Shown: positions 1-7,917 of the stretch, piece by piece
Position numbering within the stretch: position 1 is the first letter of the stretch
How the letters are laid out: each line of letters opens with the position of its first letter
Source: Chitinophagaceae bacterium
Lineage (GTDB): Bacteria; Bacteroidota; Bacteroidia; Chitinophagales; Chitinophagaceae
Length of the DNA stretch: 64,000 nucleotides
Assembly (NCBI GenBank): GCA_043752185.1
Contig: JAYUZB010000014.1
Location: forward strand, 49-64,048
Direction: 5' to 3'
Notes under the pieces: generated by a model
What the model was told of the DNA's origin: nothing
Databases searched by the model: none
Seen by the model: the letters and a program-made list of their open reading frames with translations, nothing else
Translations under genes and position numbers: made by a program

Positions 1-209
1 GCATACTGGGGTTTCTCTATGCCAGGTAGTTTTTTCAGTATTATTTTTTCATCGTAATCTTTTCCTTTATCAATGGCATCAAAAAGCTGGATAATTTTCA
101 GGTCTTCCCGGGATGAACTTCGTTTTATATAGAGCTTGAAATGCCGCTTCTCAGCCTTTTCAAGCGATTTTATCAATTGAAATAATATATCTGTTGAGCG
201 GTTGGACAT
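1..209 (-). CDS. Hypothetical protein, N-terminal part only (runs off window start)
   Basis: Hand translation from ATG at 209 (alternative 212): MSNRSTDILFQLIKSLEKAEKRHFKLYIKRSSSREDLKIIQLFDAIDK..., open to position 1. Resembles a recurrent Bacteroidota 'LIKSLxKxEKRxFK' N-terminus. Confidence 0.75.
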   Translation of the reverse strand, partial: MSNRSTDILFQLIKSLEKAEKRHFKLYIKRSSSREDLKIIQLFDAIDKGKDYDEKIILKKLPGIEKPQY

Positions 210-478
210 CATAAAGTTTATTTATTAAAACCCTTAACTGCAAAGGTTTTCATCATATTTACCACCGGTTAGCATGATAAAATTAACCTTAAGTTGGTTA
301 GGTACATAAAATTAACCATCTTAGTTTTGTGTAACAAAGATGGTGAATTCATACAGCAGGCAATCGCTAAAGGAAACAATCAATCGTTAGAAGGTCATTT
401 TTTCAGACCGTAAAGCTGATCTGGTCAGCAAAGATAAAAAGAACATAAATTTTTCATATAGCAAGCAATCGTTAAAAA

Positions 479-510
479 GTCACTCCGTTTCTACGGAGTG
501 GCAATTTATT
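479..510 (+). terminator. Hairpin GTCACTCCGT-TTCT-ACGGAGTGGC followed by a T-rich tract
   Basis: Inverted repeat at 479-502 followed by aatttattt. Confidence 0.6.
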
Positions 511-583
511 TGCAAGTATAGTTAATAATTTGGTAACATACCAAATCTCTTTCTTTTTTTAAGCCGCAATAAAATTTACTGGA

Positions 584-1309
584 TTATTTTCCGCCAAATA
601 CCTTTTTCAAAATATCGGTAACCTGTGCAGCGGGGTTCTTACGTATCTTTTGTTCTTCTAAACTGATTTTTAAAAACAATCCGCTTAAAGCCCTTTCGGT
701 AACATAAGCAGTAAGATCTGTATTAACCTGTTTGGTAGAAAATTTATTGTAAGTAGTAAACATATCTTTCCAGTATTTGGTAGCATCCATTTTTACAAGT
801 GACGCTTCAATAACCGGCCTGAATTTTTCGGTGAGTTCTTTGGTAGTAATTGACTTTAAATAATCTGTTGCAGCAAAATCGCCGCCGCGTAATATTTTTA
901 ATCCGTCGGTAATGCTCATTTTTTTTATTGCATCCCAAAAAATATTACCTACGCCACTGGCAGCATCTTCTGCAGCACGGTTCATACTCAGTATGGCTTT
1001 ATCAACTACCGGGCCCATACCAAAACTTCGAAGTGTATTCTCTACCTTCTTAGCTTCTTCGGGCATTAATACTTTTATAGCTGCATCGCCAAAAAAACCA
1101 TTCAGTTTGCTTAATCGTTTAGCGCTGCTGTCGGTTCCTACACGCAAGGCATCTTTTAAACCGTTAATGATATCTTCATTGCTGAGGCCGCTGCCCGATG
1201 TTGTAGTGGTGGATTTGGTAACTTTATCAAACAAACCTTTTATTGTTTGAGCAGATACTGATTGAATGCTGATGAGGGCTACGGATAAGAGGAGTAAGGT
1301 TTTCTTCAT
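584..1309 (-). CDS. DUF4197-family secreted protein
   Basis: Signal peptide ending SAQ; motifs GLKDALRVG, SMNRAAEDA, AATDYLK, EEQKIRKNPAA. Confidence 0.85.
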   Translation of the reverse strand: MKKTLLLLSVALISIQSVSAQTIKGLFDKVTKSTTTTSGSGLSNEDIINGLKDALRVGTDSSAKRLSKLNGFFGDAAIKVLMPEEAKKVENTLRSFGMGPVVDKAILSMNRAAEDAASGVGNIFWDAIKKMSITDGLKILRGGDFAATDYLKSITTKELTEKFRPVIEASLVKMDATKYWKDMFTTYNKFSTKQVNTDLTAYVTERALSGLFLKISLEEQKIRKNPAAQVTDILKKVFGGK

Positions 1310-1471
1310 AATATTTTTCTTGCTTAGATGACAAAAATAACGCCATGCTTGCTAACAAAGGGTTAAAAAAAGGTTATCGGCTCTTTTAAAAGTTATAGGT
1401 TTTGAAATACCCAATGCGAAAGCCATCTGTAAATGCCTTCAACCTTAGTAGAAAAGAAATTCAGCGAATAT

Positions 1472-1578
1472 CCAACCTTATTACCTTATTGCAAAAGGTG
1501 GTCTGCTTGCCAATTAGCCTGGCGGCGGCAACACAAAAACCGCAAGCAGGTCCTGTTATAATAAGGTAATAAGGTTGG
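1472..1578. repeat. 107-bp element with perfect 19-bp terminal inverted repeats (MITE-like or long hairpin)
   Basis: CCAACCTTATTACCTTATT at 1472-1490 and its reverse complement at 1560-1578. Confidence 0.7.
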
Positions 1579-1655
1579 CAAATCATAATGCACATTTCTC
1601 TACTAAGGTTAAATACACTTCTCTTCAAATTATTAATAGACAGTTTTTATTTACC

Positions 1656-1663
1656 TAAATTTG
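1656..1663 (+). promoter_or_regulatory. Bacteroidota -7 promoter box (TAAATTTG)
   Basis: Matches TAnnTTTG, about 19 bp upstream of the S46 peptidase ATG. Confidence 0.55.
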
Positions 1664-1681
1664 CTTCACTAAACATTCTAT

Positions 1682-3847
1682 ATGAAAAAATATCTTCTCT
1701 TATTAATTGTCAGTATTTCATTTGTTGCAAAAAGTTTTGCCGAAGAAGGCATGTGGTTGCCGCAACTGCTGCAAACCCTTAATGAAAAGCAAATGAAAAA
1801 GATGGGCATGAAGATAAGCGCCTCTGATATTTATAGTATCAGTAAAGGAAGTTTAAAAGATGCCATTGTAAGTTTTGGTGGCTTCTGTACTGCTGAAGTA
1901 ATATCCGACCAGGGATTGCTTTTAACTAATCACCATTGCGGTTTTGATGCCATACAAAATCATTCTTCTTTACAAAACAATTATATACGGGATGGTTTTT
2001 GGGCTTATAACAAAGGCCAGGAGTTAACAAACCCCAGCTTGTTTGCCACTTTCATCATCCGTATTGATGATGTTACTGCCATTGTATTAAATGGCGTTAC
2101 CAATAACTTAACCGAAAAAGAAAGGCAGAGTGCCATTGATAAAAATATTGCAACGTTAAGAGGCAATGTAAAAAAAGAAAGCTACCAGGATGTACTCATC
2201 CGTCCTTTTTTTGAAGCCAATAAATATTACCTGTTTGTAACCGAAACCTACCGTGATATTCGTTTGGTAGGTGCTCCCCCATCATCTATCGGTAATTACG
2301 GAAAAGATACCGACAACTGGATGTGGCCAAGGCATACCGGCGATTTTTCGATGTTCAGAATTTATGCAGGTAAGGATAATAAACCTGCGCCTTATTCTGC
2401 TGATAATGTTCCTTATAAACCAAAGCGTGCTTTAAATATTTCTTTAGATGGCGTTAAGGAAGGAGACTTTACCATGGTGTTTGGTTTCCCTGGTACTACC
2501 AATGAATACCTGCATAGTAGTGCCATTGAGCAGATCGTAAGACTCAGCGATCCTGCTAAAATTGCCATACGTACCAAGGCACTTGGTATTCTCGATGGTT
2601 TTATGCGTAAAGATGAAGGAATAAAAATTCAGTATGCTCATAAATATGCTAACGTCATCGCAAATCACTGGAAAAAATGGCAGGGCGAGGTTTTGGGATT
2701 AACAAAAACCAATGCTGTTGCCAAAAGACAGGAGCTTGAATCAAGTTTTGAAAAAATAGTTTTAAGCCGGCCCGAATATAATCTGGCATATGTTGACTTG
2801 TTGAAAAATCTTAAACAGGCTTACGCCGACATTGAACCCTTTGGATATGCACGTGATTATTACACTGAGATCATACCCAGAGTAGAATTGTGGGGCATTG
2901 CTGCCGATATGAACTCGCTGGTTACAGCGTATGGCAAAGATGAAGCATCTTACAATAAACGTAAAGCAGAAGTACTGACCAAACTGGAAGAAACATTTAA
3001 AGAATATCACCCGGCTGTTGACCAGCAATTATTTCAGGCACTGATGGAGATGTATGTTACTGATCAAAAGGCTGAGTATATTTCACCGGCTTTTAAAACC
3101 ATGCTTGCAGAAAAAGGAAATTCTTATACAACCCTCGGTAACACCGTTTATACCCAAACAGCTTTTACTTCTCTTGATAAAATAAAAAAAATATTAGAAG
3201 GCACCGTTGCTGATGCAGTTAATGCCATCAAAGCAGATATAGCCGCACAGTTGCAAAGTGATATTTTAAAAACATATACAACCAACGTGTCGCCTTCATT
3301 AAATTCAATGCAAAGCAATATCAACCGTTTGCAACGTACTTATATGCAGGCTCAGATGGATGTGTTTACTAAAAAGGCATTCTATCCCGATGCCAACCGC
3401 ACCCTGCGTGTTACGTATGGCAATGTGAAAGGCTACCAGCCACGGGATGGAGTAAAATATGATTTTTACAGTTATATGGATGGGGTAATGGAAAAATATA
3501 AGCCGGGAGATTATGAATTTGATCTGCCCAAAAAAATGATTGACCTATACAATAAAAAAGATTTTGGCAGATGGGGCGTTAATGGCCGCCAGCCGGTTTG
3601 CTTTATTGCAGCCAATCACACTACGGGCGGTAATTCGGGCAGCCCGGCATTGAATGCTGATGGCAATTTGGTAGGCCTTAATTTTGACCGTGTTTGGGAA
3701 GGAACGATGAGTGATATTAATTACGACCCGTCTATCTGCCGTAACATTATGGTTGACATTCGGTACGTAATGTTTATTGTAGATAAGTTTGCAGAGGCGA
3801 AGAATTTGATTGCAGAGATGAAGTTTGTGAGTAAGAAAGTGAAATAA
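1682..3847 (+). CDS. dpp11: S46-family dipeptidyl peptidase, probably DPP11 type (Asp/Glu-specific)
   Basis: Motifs EEGMW, TNHHC, NWMWPRHTGDF and HTTGGNSGSP. FDRVWEG has Arg at the S1 position as in DPP11, where DPP7 has Gly. Confidence 0.88.
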   Translation: MKKYLLLLIVSISFVAKSFAEEGMWLPQLLQTLNEKQMKKMGMKISASDIYSISKGSLKDAIVSFGGFCTAEVISDQGLLLTNHHCGFDAIQNHSSLQNNYIRDGFWAYNKGQELTNPSLFATFIIRIDDVTAIVLNGVTNNLTEKERQSAIDKNIATLRGNVKKESYQDVLIRPFFEANKYYLFVTETYRDIRLVGAPPSSIGNYGKDTDNWMWPRHTGDFSMFRIYAGKDNKPAPYSADNVPYKPKRALNISLDGVKEGDFTMVFGFPGTTNEYLHSSAIEQIVRLSDPAKIAIRTKALGILDGFMRKDEGIKIQYAHKYANVIANHWKKWQGEVLGLTKTNAVAKRQELESSFEKIVLSRPEYNLAYVDLLKNLKQAYADIEPFGYARDYYTEIIPRVELWGIAADMNSLVTAYGKDEASYNKRKAEVLTKLEETFKEYHPAVDQQLFQALMEMYVTDQKAEYISPAFKTMLAEKGNSYTTLGNTVYTQTAFTSLDKIKKILEGTVADAVNAIKADIAAQLQSDILKTYTTNVSPSLNSMQSNINRLQRTYMQAQMDVFTKKAFYPDANRTLRVTYGNVKGYQPRDGVKYDFYSYMDGVMEKYKPGDYEFDLPKKMIDLYNKKDFGRWGVNGRQPVCFIAANHTTGGNSGSPALNADGNLVGLNFDRVWEGTMSDINYDPSICRNIMVDIRYVMFIVDKFAEAKNLIAEMKFVSKKVK

Positions 3848-3999
3848 AAATTCAAAAGTAAAAAGCAAAAAAAGTCATCGGCATTTTTTAATAAGATGCT
3901 GATGGCTTCTAAAAATAAATCTTGACCATACAATCTACATACGCACATTTCTACAGGCTTTCAGCCTATATTTCCATTATGATGAATGGAACGTCGCTC

Positions 4000-4064
4000 C
4001 TGTCATGCTGAGGTACGAAGCATCTCACTCGTTTGGGATTCTTCGCTATCGCTCAGAATGACAG
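4000..4064. repeat. REP-like palindromic element (TGTCATGCTGAG...CTCAGAATGACA)
   Basis: Imperfect terminal inverted repeat with internal CGAAG/CTTCG; a related degenerate copy lies at 39521-39613. Confidence 0.7.
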
Positions 4065-4123
4065 CAATCTTTTTTTTCAAAACTTACTGCGAAATACTAT
4101 AGGCAGTCAACAAACTTCATTTT

Positions 4124-5245
4124 ATGCAAATAGCAATATTAGGCGCCGGCATGGTAGGCCGTGCAATGGCCATTGATCTGGCAGCAAAATACAGCGTAAC
4201 TTCTATTGATGTAAGTGAACATGCGCTGCAACTGCTTACTCAAAAAAACAATTCAATAAAAACAGTGAAAGCCGATCTGAGTAATTACAGCAATTACAAT
4301 TCTATGCTTGCCGGTTTTGATTTTGTGATCTCTGCTGTACCGGGCTTTATGGGATACAAAACTTTGGAAGCCATCATCAACGCTAAAATAAATGTAGTGG
4401 ATATTTCTTTTTTTTCGGAGAATGCATTGGAACTGGATGCACTTGCAAAAGAAAAGCAAGTGACTGCAATTGTTGATTGTGGCGTGGCACCGGGTATGAG
4501 CAATTTAATTTTAGGTTATTACAATGAGCGGATGAAGATCACGAATTTTGAATGCATGGTTGGCGGATTGCCAAAGAAAAGGGTTTATCCTTTTGAATAT
4601 AAAGCCCCCTTCTCTCCCATTGATGTGCTGGAAGAATATACAAGGCCCGCCCGTTATGTGGAAAACAGTAATATTGTTACCAAGCCTGCATTAAGTGATG
4701 CTGAATTAATTGACTTCGATAATGTGGGCACGTTGGAATCTTTTAACACAGATGGTTTGCGTTCCATTTTATTTACGATGGGCCATATTCCCAACATGAA
4801 AGAAAAAACTTTGCGCTACCCCGGCCATATTGCATTGATGCAGGGTTTGATAAAAGCTGGGTTTTTAAAAACTGCCCCTGTAAACTTTAAAGGCCAGCAA
4901 ATTTCACCCATGGAATTTACTTCTTCGTTGTTATTTGATCAATGGAAACTGGGAGAAACAGAAGCTGAGTTTACACTGATGCAGATAAAAATAAGCGATG
5001 CAGAAAAAACAATTTGTTACGATTTGTACGATGAATATGATGCGGCAACACAAACCTCATCTATGAGCCGCACCACCGGTTATACCTGCACGGCAGCTTT
5101 GAATATGCTGATTGAAAAATTATTTACTGATAAAGGGGTCTTTCCTCCAGAGTTGATAGGTAAGGATGAGACGTGCTTTAATTTTATACTGAATTATTTA
5201 AGCGACAGGAATATTAATTACAGGAAAACTGAAACTAAATTATAG
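4124..5245 (+). CDS. Saccharopine dehydrogenase family oxidoreductase
   Basis: Rossmann motif ILGAGMVG; DCGVAPGMSN; KTLRYPGH; SMSRTTG. Confidence 0.85.
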   Translation: MQIAILGAGMVGRAMAIDLAAKYSVTSIDVSEHALQLLTQKNNSIKTVKADLSNYSNYNSMLAGFDFVISAVPGFMGYKTLEAIINAKINVVDISFFSENALELDALAKEKQVTAIVDCGVAPGMSNLILGYYNERMKITNFECMVGGLPKKRVYPFEYKAPFSPIDVLEEYTRPARYVENSNIVTKPALSDAELIDFDNVGTLESFNTDGLRSILFTMGHIPNMKEKTLRYPGHIALMQGLIKAGFLKTAPVNFKGQQISPMEFTSSLLFDQWKLGETEAEFTLMQIKISDAEKTICYDLYDEYDAATQTSSMSRTTGYTCTAALNMLIEKLFTDKGVFPPELIGKDETCFNFILNYLSDRNINYRKTETKL

Positions 5246-5331
5246 ACTTAACTAAATATTTGCATTCTTTTACAAAGTAAGAACTGTTGCACCAAAACAG
5301 TTTCTTACTTTTGTCTATATCTATTTTTAAC

Positions 5332-6141
5332 ATGAAAAAATATCTAGCCTTTGCTGCTTTAGTGATACTTGCTGCCTGTAATGGAAAAGATAAAGATGGG
5401 CCGGATGATATTGATGACAGTATAAAGCCAAAACCAATACCGGTTTTAGCATATAACGTAATTGCAGAATACCCACATGATACCAGTGCCTATACCCAAG
5501 GACTTGAATTTCACAATGGCAAATTATACGAAGGCACTGGCTGGTATGAAACATCATCACTAAGGATCACAGATTATAAAACAGGCAAAGTAGAAAAAAA
5601 ACATATGATGGGTACTGACTCTATTTTTGGTGAAGGTATTACCATCTTTAACAATAAAATTTACCAGCTAACCTGGGAAAGCCATATAGTGTATGTGTAT
5701 GATGTAAACAATATTGATAAGCCCATCAAAACATTTAACTGGCCTTATGATGGCTGGGGAATTACACACAACGCTACCGATCTCATCATTAGTGATGGTA
5801 CCGCAAAACTGTATTTCGTAAATCCTGATGATTTCCGTTTAAAAAGCACCATTGGTGTTACTGAAAACAGCAGCCCGGTTTACCAGATCAATGAATTGGA
5901 ATATATTGATGGTTTTGTATTTGCCAATCTGTATCAAAAAGATATCATCGTTAAAATTGATCCGGAAAGTGGATTTGTAGTGGGCAAAATAGATTTAACC
6001 GGCATGAAGGAAAAATTCTTTGCTGATAAGATTGTACCCGGAAGAACTGATGTTTTAAACGGTATTGCCTACGATTCTGCAACAAAAAAATTCCTGGTTA
6101 CCGGCAAGCGCTGGCCGAAGATGTTTGAGTTGAAGTTTTAA
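5332..6141 (+). CDS. Glutaminyl-peptide cyclotransferase (lipoprotein)
   Basis: Start reassigned to MKKYLAFAALVILAAC (lipobox); motifs YTQGL, FGEGIT, QLTW, GWGIT, SDGT, INELEY, VLNGIAYD, TGKRWP. Confidence 0.9.
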   Translation: MKKYLAFAALVILAACNGKDKDGPDDIDDSIKPKPIPVLAYNVIAEYPHDTSAYTQGLEFHNGKLYEGTGWYETSSLRITDYKTGKVEKKHMMGTDSIFGEGITIFNNKIYQLTWESHIVYVYDVNNIDKPIKTFNWPYDGWGITHNATDLIISDGTAKLYFVNPDDFRLKSTIGVTENSSPVYQINELEYIDGFVFANLYQKDIIVKIDPESGFVVGKIDLTGMKEKFFADKIVPGRTDVLNGIAYDSATKKFLVTGKRWPKMFELKF

Positions 6142-6142
6142 C

Positions 6143-6174
6143 TTCACCCAACCCTCTCCTGTTGGAGAGGACTT
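6143..6174. repeat. Short GC-rich palindrome (CCTCTCC-tgtt-GGAGAGG), REP-like or terminator
   Basis: Hairpin just after the glutaminyl cyclase stop; similar to 7757-7790. Confidence 0.55.
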
Positions 6175-6229
6175 TGCACACTGCAGGTTTAAATAACTTT
6201 TATTTTCGGAAACAGTTATTGATTATTTT

Positions 6230-7117
6230 TTACTTACCGATCACATAAATAACCGAACTGCATTTCCTGGTATTGCCCCATGCTTGTAAATTGGAGATAA
6301 AGCCATTGAAAAAAGCTTTGACAATGTTTCCAGTACCATTTTTATATTGCTCACTCAGCATACTCACATAAAAACTATCGAACCACATGGGTTTAACAGC
6401 AGTAAGTTTTAAGCCATGCAGCGCCAACAATGTTTCTATGCTTTGCGGTGAAAAATGGTAGAGGTGACGGGGCACATCATAAGCAGCCCAATGTGCTGAA
6501 TAAATTTCAGCATCTTTTGAAGTGTAGTTGGGCACTGCAATAAAAGCCTTTCCACCAGGTGCCAGTAATTTTTCAATTTGCTTTATATACGCATGCAGTT
6601 CATGCACATGCTCCAGCACATGCCACATGGTAATGGCATTAAAAGTTGCTGGAGTTAAATCAAATAATTTTGCCGGCTCCTGTGGCTGAATATTATACAA
6701 CTCTGCAGCCTTTGTACGTGCAATGGTATCAGGCTCTAATCCTGTAATATTCCAGCTGGCTTCTTTCATGGTATTTAAAAAAGCGCCGGTGCCGCAACCA
6801 ATATCCAGTATCGCTCCTTTTGTAATTCCTGTTTCGTTAATTACCATTCTTCTTTTAGCACCCAGGGTTCTCTTGCGTACCATGTGGTACAGGCTGTTGA
6901 TAATTCCCTTTTTTGTATCGCTGTGCGAAATATAATTTTCAGACGCATAGTAAGCACCAATGGCATCCTGCTCCGGCACATCCTGCGTAAACCTTGCTGT
7001 GCAGGCATTGCAATGCCAGATGTAAAATATATTTTGAGAAACCGTATAATCTTTTGCTGAGAGTTGCTCCTGTATATCATTGCTGCTGCAGATTGGGCAA
7101 CCGGTATAATGGATCAT
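6230..7117 (-). CDS. Class I SAM-dependent methyltransferase with N-terminal Cys (zinc-ribbon-like) motifs
   Basis: Start at MIHYTGCPIC, overlapping the upstream stop (ATGA); CxxC twice; ILDIGCGTG; MWHVLEH; YDVPRHLYHF. Confidence 0.85.
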   Translation of the reverse strand: MIHYTGCPICSSNDIQEQLSAKDYTVSQNIFYIWHCNACTARFTQDVPEQDAIGAYYASENYISHSDTKKGIINSLYHMVRKRTLGAKRRMVINETGITKGAILDIGCGTGAFLNTMKEASWNITGLEPDTIARTKAAELYNIQPQEPAKLFDLTPATFNAITMWHVLEHVHELHAYIKQIEKLLAPGGKAFIAVPNYTSKDAEIYSAHWAAYDVPRHLYHFSPQSIETLLALHGLKLTAVKPMWFDSFYVSMLSEQYKNGTGNIVKAFFNGFISNLQAWGNTRKCSSVIYVIGK

Positions 7118-7722
7118 GAATGAATATAATTTATAGCATTTCCAAATGCAGTTGTGCCATTGAATGCTGTAAAATAAACAACTATTGCTGCAATACCAAT
7201 CAGTCCCAAAACAATGGCCCAAATCCACCAGCGGTCTTTGATTTCAGATTTAGGTGCCAGCAATTCCGTCATTACAGTATTGGTAGTTTCTTTATCACCC
7301 ACTAAAATCTGGTGCTCGGCATCGGGATGTATTACCCTTTCGGCAAAAATAGTTTGCGTAAATGCAGCGGGTAGTTCTTGCTGTTTAAAATTTATTTTAC
7401 CGGAAGCATCTACAAAAAAACTGCCCACACTTTCTAATTGCACATCCGGCTGTTGCGTCATTTTATTTCTCAGGTTATCGCAAAAATGATCAAGCGCTTC
7501 TGATACTTCATACCTACTGCCACCAGATGTTGCAGCCAGGTAGTTCAATAAACCGGTGGCATCAGTTTCTGTTTCACTAAACTCAATAAAAGATTCTGGT
7601 GCTGCTATTGATTTATTTGTAAAATCAGCTTCGGCTCCTGAATGCAGTACAGACAAGGTACCCAAACCCGGTAATGGACATGTTTTATGTTGAAAAAGAT
7701 AAGAAGCGATTTGATTTTGCAT
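7114..7722 (-). CDS. HU-like/CCDC81-type domain protein with C-terminal membrane anchor
   Basis: N-terminal YLFQHKTCPLPGLGTL resembles HU-CCDC81 domains; C-terminal TM WWIWAIVLGLIGIAAIVVYF. Confidence 0.55.
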   Translation of the reverse strand: MQNQIASYLFQHKTCPLPGLGTLSVLHSGAEADFTNKSIAAPESFIEFSETETDATGLLNYLAATSGGSRYEVSEALDHFCDNLRNKMTQQPDVQLESVGSFFVDASGKINFKQQELPAAFTQTIFAERVIHPDAEHQILVGDKETTNTVMTELLAPKSEIKDRWWIWAIVLGLIGIAAIVVYFTAFNGTTAFGNAINYIHS

Positions 7723-7755
7723 GTGGACAAAGATAGAGAAAAAAGCCCCACTCCG

Positions 7756-7910
7756 GCCTCACCCCAACCCCTCTCAAAAGGAGAGGGAACTCGATTATGG
7801 AATCTCAAGATGAAATTCTTCTTCGCAACAATCTACCAGATTTCCTCCAACTTCGGGGTTCTTTGAAAAAGAACGAACGAAGTTCAAGAGGGGCCGGGTT
7901 GGGGTGAGGC
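7756..7910. mobile_element. 155-bp MITE/BIME-like element with perfect 15-bp terminal inverted repeats
   Basis: GCCTCACCCCAACCC at 7756-7770 and GGGTTGGGGTGAGGC at 7896-7910, with internal hairpins. Confidence 0.65.
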
Positions 7911-7917
7911 TTTGCTT

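Noticed and set aside
7605-7808. 67-aa ORF MRFHNRVPSPFERGWGEAG...
   Set aside because: It is a translation of the palindromic element and overlaps the real gene start in another frame.
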